A DNA stretch of 64,000 nt from Candidatus Aenigmatarchaeota archaeon (GCA_016432325.1 CP066684.1:128001-192000); one strand, 5' to 3'. Shown: positions 26,751-36,241, counted from the stretch's first letter. Made by a program: numbers and translations. Notes: a model not told the origin generated them from the letters alone.

Positions 26751-29000
26751 CTACTCCAGAATTATCGGTTGCTGGCCGTAAGGACCGTATGTGCGGCCTT
26801 TGAGGGAGGATATCTCGTTCTCCAGTCTCTCGATGCGGGCCAAGAGCTCTGCCGTGTGTTCGGGGCCTGTGCGCTCGGCCTCTGCAGCGACACGCGCCTT
26901 GAGCCTCTGCACTTCTTCGAGTTCTGCGCGCAGGCGACGCGCGTTCTGATCGAGGTCGCTGTGGACGCGCTGCACGTCGCTCTCTATCTGCCTCCTTATG
27001 TCGTCGACGCTGGCCACGGCACGCGCCTGTATCTTCTCTATCTCGCTCTCCGCCTGCCTCTTCTTGCGGTCCAGCTCTTCCGACAGCGCGAACAGCACGT
27101 TTTCGACCTTTGCCGTTGCGAGAGCCTCGGCGTCCTGCGTAAGTATTTCGCGCACGCTCTCCTTGAGGTTTCTCTGGACACCTCCGTATTTTTCGTCCAT
27201 TCTGCCTTCCAGCGCGTGCGCGCGGCTGTCGACGCGCTGCGCAACCATCGGCTCCAGGCCGGTGCGGAACTGTTCAAGGCGCGCCTTTGTTTCTCCGCGT
27301 ATCTCTTGCAGGCGCGCTTCGAACTTGCGCGATGCGGCCTCTGTGGCGCCGCGTACCTGTCCTGTCTGTTCGCGTACCTCAGAACGCATCGCATCGAGGG
27401 ACTCTTTGAACTCCTTGCGAAGGTTCTCCTCGCCCGTCCTCTGAAGGGCGAGCACGTTGTCTATCGCGTCAAGTTTCCTCTGGAGGTCTGAAATTGAATT
27501 GAAGTGTTCTCTCGTTATGTCGGCCAGAGACGAAGCGACAGAGGACTGCAGGGCCTCTGCCTTTTCCGCGTGTGATTGTTTGAGATAATCGAGCTGCTTG
27601 TTGTATTTGCCGTCCATGGCGTTCACGTGCGAACGCAGGGACTCTGCGATGCTGATGACCTCTTTCTTCATCGCTTCGGCCGTCTCGACGACCTGTTTTT
27701 CCAGTTCGCGGTCGGCTATCTCGGCGCGCGTCCTGGCGTTTTCAACAGAACCTTCGAAAGCCCTCATCTGGGAGTCCATCGCGTCGAACCTCTGCTGGTG
27801 TTGGACGGTGGAGTCGGCAACGGCCCTGTTCACCTCGCGGGAAAGCTTTTCGTCAAAGCCCTTGTTTTGAAGGTCCACGAGGTTTTCGAGATATTCTATC
27901 TTGCCGTCTATCTTTTGGAATACTCCTTTCTCGTCGAGCTGCTGCTCAACGAGCGCCGCGATTCCCGAGCGCAGCGACTCCTTCTCCGAATTGAGGTCCT
28001 TTATCACGGCTGCGAGCGTTTCGTTGACGTCCTTGAAGTTGCCGCTTATCTTCAGGAGCTTCGTGTTCATCGATTCCATCATCCTGTTTTCCAGAGCGGA
28101 CTCGCTCTCGGCCATCGCCGTTTCCATGCGTTCCAGCCTCCCGGCAAGCCCGTCGTTGGCGACGCGCAGGGCGGAATCCATAACTTCCAGCCTTCTCGCG
28201 AGTTCGATGAGTTTGGCCCTCTGTTCCTCGGACACGCGCGCCGTGTACAGCTTCTCCTGTTCGAGCTCCTTGTCCATGGAGGCTTTAGCGCGCGACACCG
28301 AAGCCTCCGCGGCAGAACGCACGGCATCCTTCATCGCGTCTGTCGCTTTCGCGATTTCAGCGGAGACGTACTTCTTGGTGCCCGCCTCCTGCAGCGACGC
28401 GACATTCTCCAGGGAGGTCATCCTGGTTGTGATGTCGCTGACGACAGCGCGATTCTCGTCAAGCGACGCCCTGAGCGCAGCGGCGAGTTCGGTCCGCCTT
28501 TCGGCAAGAGTCTTGTCCAGGGCGTCTATGGAAGAGTCTATCTTCTTGTTCAGCGCGGCAATTCCTGCGGCCATTTCGCGTTCCACGACTTCGCGCGTTT
28601 CCTTATCGCTTTTTCCAGACTGCGCTTCGATGCGATCGAGCCTTATCTGAAGATCCCTGAGTTCGGTGGCGCTGTCTGCGCTCGTCTGTTTCAGCCTTGC
28701 GAACGCGTCCTTCCTGAACGCATCGAAATCCTGCCGTATGGCCGAGGTTCCCTTTGCGATGCCCTCGGCAACGCTTTTTGACACATCGGCTTCGAACCCT
28801 CCGACTGTGTTCTCGAGCCTGCGGAGCTTGTCTGAAACCTCCTTCCTGAGGACGTCCAGATGCGCTGCCTGTTGGCCTTCCGTTTCGGACAGGCTGTCCG
28901 CCTTCCTCTCGATGTCATCGAGCCTTTTCTGAACGGCCGTGACCTTCTCAGTGACAGACTCAGTCACGTCCACGAGCCGCTTGACTATGCTGTCTTCCAT
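26751..29000 (-). CDS. 749-aa coiled-coil protein with no recognisable globular domain
   Basis: Heptad-like E/A/L/R/K composition throughout; C-terminal QQPIILE; SD GGTGA. Confidence 0.85.
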   Translation of the reverse strand: MEDSIVKRLVDVTESVTEKVTAVQKRLDDIERKADSLSETEGQQAAHLDVLRKEVSDKLRRLENTVGGFEADVSKSVAEGIAKGTSAIRQDFDAFRKDAFARLKQTSADSATELRDLQIRLDRIEAQSGKSDKETREVVEREMAAGIAALNKKIDSSIDALDKTLAERRTELAAALRASLDENRAVVSDITTRMTSLENVASLQEAGTKKYVSAEIAKATDAMKDAVRSAAEASVSRAKASMDKELEQEKLYTARVSEEQRAKLIELARRLEVMDSALRVANDGLAGRLERMETAMAESESALENRMMESMNTKLLKISGNFKDVNETLAAVIKDLNSEKESLRSGIAALVEQQLDEKGVFQKIDGKIEYLENLVDLQNKGFDEKLSREVNRAVADSTVQHQQRFDAMDSQMRAFEGSVENARTRAEIADRELEKQVVETAEAMKKEVISIAESLRSHVNAMDGKYNKQLDYLKQSHAEKAEALQSSVASSLADITREHFNSISDLQRKLDAIDNVLALQRTGEENLRKEFKESLDAMRSEVREQTGQVRGATEAASRKFEARLQEIRGETKARLEQFRTGLEPMVAQRVDSRAHALEGRMDEKYGGVQRNLKESVREILTQDAEALATAKVENVLFALSEELDRKKRQAESEIEKIQARAVASVDDIRRQIESDVQRVHSDLDQNARRLRAELEEVQRLKARVAAEAERTGPEHTAELLARIERLENEISSLKGRTYGPYGQQPIILE

Positions 29001-29022
29001 TGAATATCACCGACTTCCATCG

Positions 29023-30408
29023 TCACACCTTCAGCCTTCTTTCCAGCGATTCAAGGTCGCGCATCAGGGACTCTTCCTCGCCCTTCTGCTTGGCCAGAAC
29101 GTCGGCGAGCTGCGCCTTTATGTCTTCCGTTGATTTGGCGAGCCTGTCGATTTCGTCTCTCTGATCCGTGACGGCAAGGCGCAGCGTTTCCGTCGTCGCC
29201 TTGGTTTCCGCAAGCTCGTTGGATATCTCGTCGAATATCTCCTGTTTAAGAATGTTGGCCGAATGGTCAAACATCTCGGCGAACCTGTTGGTGGCTTCGT
29301 TGAGCTTGTAGTCGAACTTGCCTTCGAGATTCTCTTCCACGGTTTCTATGCGCTTGACGCGGTCCTGCACGTCGATTATTACCGACAGCGCGCTTTCCCT
29401 GAGGCGTTCGGCCTCCTTCTTGAGTTCTGAGAGTACTCTCTTCTCGGAGCCGGCCAGCGCTTCCTTGGTCTCCTTCTCGGCGTCGGCGGCCTTCCGCTGC
29501 ATCTGGTTTATGGCAGAAGACGCCTGGTCTTCGGCGCGGCGCCGGACGGCGGCCATCTCGTTCTCCGTCGCGATCATCGCCTCGTCCGCCTTCTTGCGTG
29601 CGTCTTCGGCTACCTGCGCGAGCGAACTGCCGATGAACTGTCTTATCGCCCTCTCGGAGACGCGTTCGTCGACGGCAGTGACTTGGTTGGTGAGGGACTG
29701 CAGGAGATTCGCGAGGCGTTCGGCTTCCTCTGTGTGGAGCTTGAGGGTCTTTTGCATGAGCGCGAGCTCCTCCTTGCTGCTCGTTTGAGACAGCCTAGAC
29801 TGCAACTCTCCTAGCGCAGAATCCGTGTGGTTGAGCCTGGATGACAGCGTGGACTGCATCCGTTCCAGGTCTTCGGTCCTTGCCGCGGTGCGCGTCTTGG
29901 CTTCGAGCATCCTTATGGATTCGTGAACGGTTGCCTCGGTTGACGCGACGCGCGCGTCCAGCGCCTTCATGCGATCTGCGATAGAGGCGACATCTGCCAT
30001 CCTGTTTTCTAGCGCGCGCGTCTTGTCGTTGAGAGTCTGAATCTCCGACAGCCTGCCTTCCACGGAGCGGACGCGCTCGAGTAAGGGCGTCACGTCAGGA
30101 GGCTGTCGCGTCTCCAATGACCTGAACCTCGCGTCGGCGCCTGTCAGGGAACTCTGAAGGTTGGATTCCATTGATTGCACGCGTTCGTTGAGAGAAGAAA
30201 CGGATTCTAACGTTGATTTGATGTTTTCGGCTTCCTGGCGCGCCACTTCAAGCTGTCTGCGGATTTCGACCAACCCTTCGCTTTCGGAAGGTCTCGTCTG
30301 CTCTACTTCTCCTATCTTCTTTTCGAGCGCCGCGAGCCTCTCTGCCAGAGTCACCTGCAGTTCGGCCAGTTCGCCTATCTGATTGACCAATTCGTCTACT
30401 CCATCCAT
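29023..30408 (-). CDS. 461-aa coiled-coil protein
   Basis: Heptad-like L..R...LE pattern throughout; TGATG coupling to the upstream gene. Confidence 0.85.
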   Translation of the reverse strand: MDGVDELVNQIGELAELQVTLAERLAALEKKIGEVEQTRPSESEGLVEIRRQLEVARQEAENIKSTLESVSSLNERVQSMESNLQSSLTGADARFRSLETRQPPDVTPLLERVRSVEGRLSEIQTLNDKTRALENRMADVASIADRMKALDARVASTEATVHESIRMLEAKTRTAARTEDLERMQSTLSSRLNHTDSALGELQSRLSQTSSKEELALMQKTLKLHTEEAERLANLLQSLTNQVTAVDERVSERAIRQFIGSSLAQVAEDARKKADEAMIATENEMAAVRRRAEDQASSAINQMQRKAADAEKETKEALAGSEKRVLSELKKEAERLRESALSVIIDVQDRVKRIETVEENLEGKFDYKLNEATNRFAEMFDHSANILKQEIFDEISNELAETKATTETLRLAVTDQRDEIDRLAKSTEDIKAQLADVLAKQKGEEESLMRDLESLERRLKV

Positions 30409-30692
30409 CAGCGCTCACCGACGCTTTTTCTGAGAGCACGCAATATCTCTTCCTCGTCTCCGAGAACGCTCTCCACTATCTCGGATTTTATGCTGTCCGC
30501 CGACTTGAGCCTGCCTTCCATGCCGTCGATTCTGCTTTCAAGCATGCGCACCTTTCGCTTGAGCTCTTCCAGCATGGATGTGAGATACTCTACGTCTTTT
30601 GAAGGCGCGGCGTGCGCGCTTCCGAGTTCTTCCCTGACCTCTTTCAGGGACTCTTCCACGGCTTCACGCACGGCGTCTTTAAGGGTTCCCAT
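30408..30692 (-). CDS. 94-aa coiled-coil protein
   Basis: SD GGTGA before ATG 30692; coiled-coil core. Confidence 0.75.
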   Translation of the reverse strand: MGTLKDAVREAVEESLKEVREELGSAHAAPSKDVEYLTSMLEELKRKVRMLESRIDGMEGRLKSADSIKSEIVESVLGDEEEILRALRKSVGER

Positions 30693-30712
30693 GAACTTCA
30701 CCAATTTCCTCG

Positions 30713-30795
30713 TGGGATGTACGAGAACCACGTTCTCGACATGTCGAAATTCCACGGAATTTCGTACAACTTGAAATCGCATTTCATTGTTCCCA
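30713..30795. repeat. Multi-branched palindromic element
   Basis: TGGGA/TCCCA, TGTAC/GTACA, GAGAAC/GTTCTC, GACATGTC, GAAATTCC/GGAATTTC and TGAAAT/ATTTCA stems, most of them abutting. Confidence 0.8.
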
Positions 30796-30797
30796 TC

Positions 30798-31310
30798 CTA
30801 ACCACCCATTATCCTCTTGGCCTCTTGAATCTTGGAACGTATGTCGGCGATGCGTATCTCGCCTACAACAGGCGGAGGTTTCTCGAAGACAGGTTGCGCA
30901 CGTTCCGGAACGGGCGGCGCGATAACGGATGGTCTGACGGGTTCGGCCCTCTGCCTCTTGATAGCTTGCACATCCGCCGCTACCGCGTCGATTGCCTGTT
31001 GCATCTTCTTCAGGGCTTCCACATCCGTCGTCAAGGAATCGAGCCTTCTTTGTATCGCGTTCTGGAGCTTGTACAGGTTCTCGAGGGCCCTGACAACGTC
31101 CTTGGGAAGAGGCGTTGGGGCCGTCGGCGCGCCGGAAGTCGGCCCGAGCGCCGTTCCGGTCGCCGTTGCGGGCGCCTTGCCTTCCTGGATGTTCTTGAGC
31201 AGCGACTTGAGTTCCAGTATCTCTATCTTGTTCGTAAGCGAAAGGTCTTCGAGCTCCTCGAGCTTGCTTTCTATATCTTCGAATCTTCTGGGCGTGTCCT
31301 CCCCTGCCAT
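30798..31310 (-). CDS. Coiled-coil protein with Pro-rich linkers
   Basis: Three helical segments separated by P/A/T-rich linkers. Confidence 0.8.
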   Translation of the reverse strand: MAGEDTPRRFEDIESKLEELEDLSLTNKIEILELKSLLKNIQEGKAPATATGTALGPTSGAPTAPTPLPKDVVRALENLYKLQNAIQRRLDSLTTDVEALKKMQQAIDAVAADVQAIKRQRAEPVRPSVIAPPVPERAQPVFEKPPPVVGEIRIADIRSKIQEAKRIMGG

Positions 31311-31364
31311 ATTTAAAGCACGAATTTCCCCAAATAAATGCATTATATTGGCTTTTTAGGTCGT

Positions 31365-31943
31365 TTAAACGCTTCCCGAGCCGTGCGGGAGAAACTTTAA
31401 AACCGCCGTTTTAAACGTGCTTACCCGCGTTCTCGCGAGGCCGGCCAGAATGGATTTCTTCTTCAGCCACGCGAACCACAGGGCCAGAACGGCGGCCGCC
31501 ATTCCTGCCTGCCAGAGAATGTCGTGGAAGAGGTAAAACGTTTCGACCCCGTAGAATGCCGAATACGACGTGACAGAGACGCGCACGATGTTGATGGCGT
31601 AGATTAGGGGCACAAAGACCGCGATTCCGAGCAGTTTCTCCGCAGACTTGGCCTTGGCCGCAACTATCAGTGCGGCCAGGAAGAACGCGCTCTTCCAACC
31701 CGTGGAATCTCTCGAAACCAGGACGTCAAACCCGTCGAAACGGAGCACGGCGCCATTCAACTGCGCGTTGACGCCGAACAGAGCGAGCGCCGAGTGCACG
31801 TTTTGGGCGGTGAATGTCTGGAGCCACGAAAGGTCGGCGTATGCTATGGCCAGATGGAAGGGTATCGCCATGGCCGAGAGCTTCAGAAGAAAGTAAAAGG
31901 AGTTCTCCAGCCTCCTCGTCTGCCTCTCCGACAAGTCAATCAT
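31365..31943 (-). CDS. Archaeosortase/exosortase-family protein (catalytic Cys replaced by Ser)
   Basis: V.RDSTGWKS, NIVRV, FHD and TM pattern. Confidence 0.8.
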   Translation of the reverse strand: MIDLSERQTRRLENSFYFLLKLSAMAIPFHLAIAYADLSWLQTFTAQNVHSALALFGVNAQLNGAVLRFDGFDVLVSRDSTGWKSAFFLAALIVAAKAKSAEKLLGIAVFVPLIYAINIVRVSVTSYSAFYGVETFYLFHDILWQAGMAAAVLALWFAWLKKKSILAGLARTRVSTFKTAVLKFLPHGSGSV

Positions 31944-32403
31944 GGCCTTGGCCTCTGAGGGCTTCTGTTATGTTGTGCACTCTGCGTTTCAGAAGAAGGT
32001 CTTTGAGTTCCTCGTTTTCCTCTCCCGAACTCCTTCTGTTCACGCGTTCAAATACGTCCTTGTAAGCGTTGCGTGCGATAAGTGCCGCGGCAAGGGCGTC
32101 GCGTTCATGGAGATTATGCGTTGCATATGAGGACGTCGACTCTTCCTTTGAGCGTCTCGTTGCGTCAGTCTCCGGAGAATGCACGGGCGCGCCGAAACTC
32201 GTCGCTATCTTTGAGACGAGCGCAGGCGGTCTGGCCCTGTCCGTGGCGACAATGCTGGGATGCCCGACGGACATGATGGTTTTTATTATTTCCTTCGCCG
32301 AGAAGTTTTTCCTGCTCGTCAGCAACAGCACGTTCCCATAGAAGTCCAGAGCGCACAGCCCCGTTTTTGTCCCTGGGTCTATTCCCACTATGAACCTTTT
32401 CAA
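31936..32403 (-). CDS. DUF460-like RNase H-fold protein
   Basis: IVGIDPGT.TG..ALD..G, VATD..P, N.HERDALAAA. Confidence 0.85.
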   Translation of the reverse strand: MKRFIVGIDPGTKTGLCALDFYGNVLLLTSRKNFSAKEIIKTIMSVGHPSIVATDRARPPALVSKIATSFGAPVHSPETDATRRSKEESTSSYATHNLHERDALAAALIARNAYKDVFERVNRRSSGEENEELKDLLLKRRVHNITEALRGQGHD

Positions 32404-32413
32404 GGTATCGCCC

Positions 32414-33061
32414 CTAGCCTACGGCGGCCAGCTTCTTTTCCAGGAGCAGATTCGCTATTTCCGATGGAACGTCAACGACGTCTCCCGGAGCAACGGGTCC
32501 GTATACCTTGCCGTCAGTGCCGAGGAAGCGTTCAAGTTCGCTCAGCATCCTGACTCTCAGATAAGGGTTCGCGGTTTGTACGGGAGGTTCAGGACGGACC
32601 TCTTTCTTAGTCTCCGCGGCCGTTGAACTAAATGTTTTTTCTATGGGAGGTTCCTGGACGGGCGCGGCTGACTGGGGCGGCGCTGCCTGCGTATGCGCGC
32701 CGCGTATTCTTTCGAGGCTCGCCTTTCTTACGCGTTCAAGTTCCGAGACGACGACGTCGAAGCACGTCTTCTCCGCCGGCAGGAGATTCTGAGGTGCGGT
32801 CCCTCCGCGGATGTAATTTATGGCGAGCTTCACGAGCTTGTGTTCGCGCCTGTCCATCACGTCGCGGATGACCTGCATGACGTTTTCTATTTCGCGCACC
32901 AGGCTCGGTTCCTTGGTCTTCTCGAAAAGAAGCTCCTTGCGTTTTATCCAGTCGCGGCACAGATCGTAGAAGTCTTCGGGGAGTTTCTGCAGGGCGTCGT
33001 TCTCCTTCTCAAGCCTCTGAAACCTGCGGAACGTTTCGTAAGTTATGACGTTTTCGTTCAT
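32414..33061 (-). CDS. GINS subunit (GINS15-like)
   Basis: R.EK....LQKLP.DFY, RE.KL, NLL..E and B-domain FLG.DG..YGP...GDVV..P...A..L. Confidence 0.85.
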   Translation of the reverse strand: MNENVITYETFRRFQRLEKENDALQKLPEDFYDLCRDWIKRKELLFEKTKEPSLVREIENVMQVIRDVMDRREHKLVKLAINYIRGGTAPQNLLPAEKTCFDVVVSELERVRKASLERIRGAHTQAAPPQSAAPVQEPPIEKTFSSTAAETKKEVRPEPPVQTANPYLRVRMLSELERFLGTDGKVYGPVAPGDVVDVPSEIANLLLEKKLAAVG

Positions 33062-33136
33062 CACCAGACCCCACGGGTTTTGTTCAGCGACCGAAGATAA
33101 ATATGCGATTCCACCACACCTGTCCGTGGTAAGAGT

Positions 33137-33655
33137 ATGAGGCTTTACGCGTTGCTGCTTGTCGTTCTCGCCGCGGGTTGCGTAGGAAGCACGGCCCAGA
33201 CGGGGTCGCAAACGGAACAGCCGGCGGAGACTTGGGCCGACGCGACGCTCACAAACGCACTCACAGGAGAGACTTTCGCCATATCGGACTATCGTGGTCA
33301 GATAGTCCTTCTGGAGGCCATGGCCGTCTGGTGTCCTGTGTGCGCAGAGCAGCAGGCGGAGATTGAACGCGCGCACGCGCTCGCTCCCGGTGAGTTCGTT
33401 TCCATATCCGTCGACGTCGACAATACGGAGACCGCGGAAAAGCTCAGTTCATACGTAGCGGGCAAAGGATTCGACTGGGCCTTCGCGACAGACGCGGGAG
33501 GGTTCGGCTCTTCTCTTGAAAGGCAGTTCGGTTTCCAGGTTCTGAGCGTTCCAAGCGCGCCCATAATACTGATAGACCGTGAAGGAAACGCCCGCCTGCT
33601 GCCGGGAGGCGTCAAGAACGCAGATGCGCTGGTCGCGTACGTGAGGTCTTCCTGA
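33137..33655 (+). CDS. TlpA/ResA-like thioredoxin lipoprotein
   Basis: LAAGC lipobox; WCPVC active site. Confidence 0.88.
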   Translation: MRLYALLLVVLAAGCVGSTAQTGSQTEQPAETWADATLTNALTGETFAISDYRGQIVLLEAMAVWCPVCAEQQAEIERAHALAPGEFVSISVDVDNTETAEKLSSYVAGKGFDWAFATDAGGFGSSLERQFGFQVLSVPSAPIILIDREGNARLLPGGVKNADALVAYVRSS

Positions 33656-34350
33656 TGGCGCTGGCGGACTTGGCGCTGGCCTTCACGCTGGGAACGTTTG
33701 CTTCTGCCAACCCGTGCGTTCTGCCTCTCTATCCGGGTTTCCTCGCGTACATGGCTTCGCGTTCGCGGGAAATGGGCAAAACGCCGCACGAAGGTCTGAT
33801 GGGACTCCTCGTGCTCGCGGGCGTCCTGACGATGATGCTCTTGCTGGGTCTCGCAATCTCCCTTATCGGCGTGTCGACCTCTGACGTTCTCAAAATCGTG
33901 ACGCCTGTGGCTGACGTAATGCTGATTCTAATCGGTCTCGTCCTCTTGCTCAACATCGACATCGGCTCGCGCATCCCGCAGCTGCGCGCGCCTTTGACGA
34001 AGGACCCGCTCAGAGGCTCTTTCGTCTACGGACTGCTCTACGGTCCGATCGTGCTGCCGTGCAACGCTCCGCTGTTTCTGGCGGTCTTTACGCGTTCCGT
34101 CGGCGTGGAGGACTTCTTCGGGCGGCTCGGCATCGTGCTCGCTTTCGGCTTGGGCTTCGGCCTGCCTCTATTGTTGATATCGCTGCTCGGCAAGGCGCGG
34201 CAGGGCTGGCTCGTCAGGATGTTCGCGGAGAACCATTCAAATATCAACAGGGTTGCCGGCGTAATACTGATAGCCGTCGGCCTCTACGACCTCTATCTGA
34301 CGACATTCTACCTGTCTGTGCTGCTGGCCAACCCGGCCATGCCAACCTAG
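33655..34350 (+). CDS. ccdA: CcdA/DsbD-type transmembrane disulfide reductase
   Basis: NPCVLPLYPGFL and PCNAP cysteine pair; GLG.P. Confidence 0.88.
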   Translation: MALADLALAFTLGTFASANPCVLPLYPGFLAYMASRSREMGKTPHEGLMGLLVLAGVLTMMLLLGLAISLIGVSTSDVLKIVTPVADVMLILIGLVLLLNIDIGSRIPQLRAPLTKDPLRGSFVYGLLYGPIVLPCNAPLFLAVFTRSVGVEDFFGRLGIVLAFGLGFGLPLLLISLLGKARQGWLVRMFAENHSNINRVAGVILIAVGLYDLYLTTFYLSVLLANPAMPT

Positions 34351-34943
34351 AACTTCCCTTCTGTAACGCTTATTACAGTCTGCAAATAGGTTTTTGACTT
34401 GAAATCGCGTGATACCGCTTTGTTGTAGAATACGATGTTGCCGTACAGGCAGGGGGCGACCATCGTGTCCAGCGCAGACGTGCGGTTGTAGAAGCCCCTG
34501 CACTCGCTCGTCTGCGAGAGGCTGTCGAATACGACATCATGCGTCCCTGACGCGAGGTCTCCTTCGAGCGTGCTGTAGAACGACTCGGCGTTCGCGAACG
34601 AATCAAAAACGTACAGCTTCTGCGTGACCTGGTCTATCTGCAGGACGCTGTTGGTCACGTTGTCCACGTATCTCCTGCCGTAGACGATCGTGAGGCCGTC
34701 TGTTATTCCAGGGGCTTCGTCGCTGCCGACGGCTATTTTGAGCATGGTCTTCCAGTTGAGCGGAGACCTGTACTTTGGCAGTTCGTGTGTCTGGAGCAGC
34801 AGCTCGTCGGCCGTCTTGTTGACGAAATGAGCCTCCGGTCTGGGCATCTCAATCTGTTGGGTCGGAAGAAGAAAAAAGACTGTCAGCACGGCTACCGGGA
34901 TGAGAAATATCGCGGCCGCGTACGTTATGGAAAGCGCTTTCAT
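34347..34943 (-). CDS. Hypothetical protein with N-terminal TM anchor
   Basis: N-terminal hydrophobic helix; TATA upstream. Confidence 0.6.
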   Translation of the reverse strand: MKALSITYAAAIFLIPVAVLTVFFLLPTQQIEMPRPEAHFVNKTADELLLQTHELPKYRSPLNWKTMLKIAVGSDEAPGITDGLTIVYGRRYVDNVTNSVLQIDQVTQKLYVFDSFANAESFYSTLEGDLASGTHDVVFDSLSQTSECRGFYNRTSALDTMVAPCLYGNIVFYNKAVSRDFKSKTYLQTVISVTEGKF

Positions 34944-34957
34944 AGCCCAACAGGCAC

Positions 34958-36241
34958 TCATCCTTTTATAAGCTTTCTGGAAACCCCTGCGAATGGGTAG
35001 GACACGGGATTCTTTATCTGTATCGTTTCGGTGCCGCGCTTGCACCTCTCGTCCGGTTGGCAGATGTTATACCCTGTGTAAAACGCGTCGTTTGCGCAGT
35101 TGGGCGGCAGCAGGCTCCTTCCGGTTTCTGCGCTGCGCCTGAACCAGTTCAGTTGCGTGTTCACGTACGTATCGGAGAGCGGCGGCTTGTTCTTCGCGTT
35201 CGCCTCTCGCACCGCGGCGTCTATCTTTTCCCATGGCCAGTTCATCTGCTGCAGGAAGTTAACGAGCACGAGCACGGAACGCTTGCGTCCGTCTGCGAGA
35301 CCGCCCATTATGAGTTTTATGCACGGCGGGAACACGGACTCCGGAACCTCTTTCGTGCGTTTGACGTGCTTCGTCGTTTCCTTCCTTTCCTCCTTTACCC
35401 GCGACGCGTGCCAGTCCATGGCCGCGACGACGAGGGAGTCTGCGTCGCCGCCGGGCGCGAGGAATCCTTGGGGCTTGTATTTGACGGCCCGTTCTGGAGA
35501 CGCGTATTCGATTTTGAACGAGTCTAGTTCCGTCCTGGCGAGCGGCACGCTCGCAAGCCACGTTTTCTCATTGAGCGAGTACGGAAGGCGGAACAGGTGG
35601 CGCTCGCCCCAGTTGCTCTCTATGTCCACGAACAGATACGGCGAGAGCGTGGTCGCCTGGACGTCTCCGAGCTCCTCCATCAGTTCGTGCAGCGAGCCCT
35701 TGCTCTTCTTCAGGTCTGCGAACAGCCGGTCCTTGACGGTCTCCTTGATGTACGACGCCACGATGCGCGGCACCTTGGGGAACTGATGCGTGGCGGGCTC
35801 GTAGTCTATCGTTTTGGGGAGGGACTCCCACGGGACCCCTATGTGGAAACCGCGGTTGCCCGAGAACTTCACCGTCGCCTCGACGCCGTACGAACGCAGG
35901 AGGTCGAGGACCCGCAGAGCCGCGAGCTTCGACGCATCCAGTCCTATCGAAGAGTCTATGTCTATTATCATGTCCCATCCGGTCCGCAAATCCTTCATAT
36001 CCGCGGAGCTTATCCCCGTTCGCAGCAGCAGAGGGTTCTTCCAGTGCTCCACCGTTCCGTGGAAAGAAGTGGCGCCCTTCCTCACCAGTTCCAGAATGTC
36101 GCGTTCATACACGAGCACGTTGGGGCGCGTCATGTGACCGCCGTTTTCAAGGGCGACCGATACTTCGCGGTTCTTCGCGTGAGAGAGTATCTGCTCCAGA
36201 ACAACGGGATTCGAATAGTACGTGAGCAGGTTCGTGAACAC
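34958..36241 (-). CDS. Fused DNA primase (PriS catalytic domain plus PriL C-terminal domain)
   Basis: WDMIIDID, FSGNRGFH, HLFRLPYSLNEKT, then FPPCI, DGRKR, PPNC and C.PD..C. Confidence 0.9.
   Translation of the reverse strand: MFTNLLTYYSNPVVLEQILSHAKNREVSVALENGGHMTRPNVLVYERDILELVRKGATSFHGTVEHWKNPLLLRTGISSADMKDLRTGWDMIIDIDSSIGLDASKLAALRVLDLLRSYGVEATVKFSGNRGFHIGVPWESLPKTIDYEPATHQFPKVPRIVASYIKETVKDRLFADLKKSKGSLHELMEELGDVQATTLSPYLFVDIESNWGERHLFRLPYSLNEKTWLASVPLARTELDSFKIEYASPERAVKYKPQGFLAPGGDADSLVVAAMDWHASRVKEERKETTKHVKRTKEVPESVFPPCIKLIMGGLADGRKRSVLVLVNFLQQMNWPWEKIDAAVREANAKNKPPLSDTYVNTQLNWFRRSAETGRSLLPPNCANDAFYTGYNICQPDERCKRGTETIQIKNPVSYPFAGVSRKLIKG

Noticed and set aside
27576-28781. Long antisense ORFs here and opposite other genes (e.g. 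38284-39240, 40696-41769, 50709-51809)
   Set aside because: Shadow ORFs expected from GC-rich codon usage; no motifs, and they overlap well-supported genes
26751-30408. SMC/Rad50 or chemoreceptor annotation
   Set aside because: No Walker A/B, signature motif, hinge, zinc hook or MCP hairpin motif
30713-30795. tRNA (cloverleaf-like fold)
   Set aside because: Loops of 2-3 nt, no D- or T-loop consensus, no 7-bp acceptor stem
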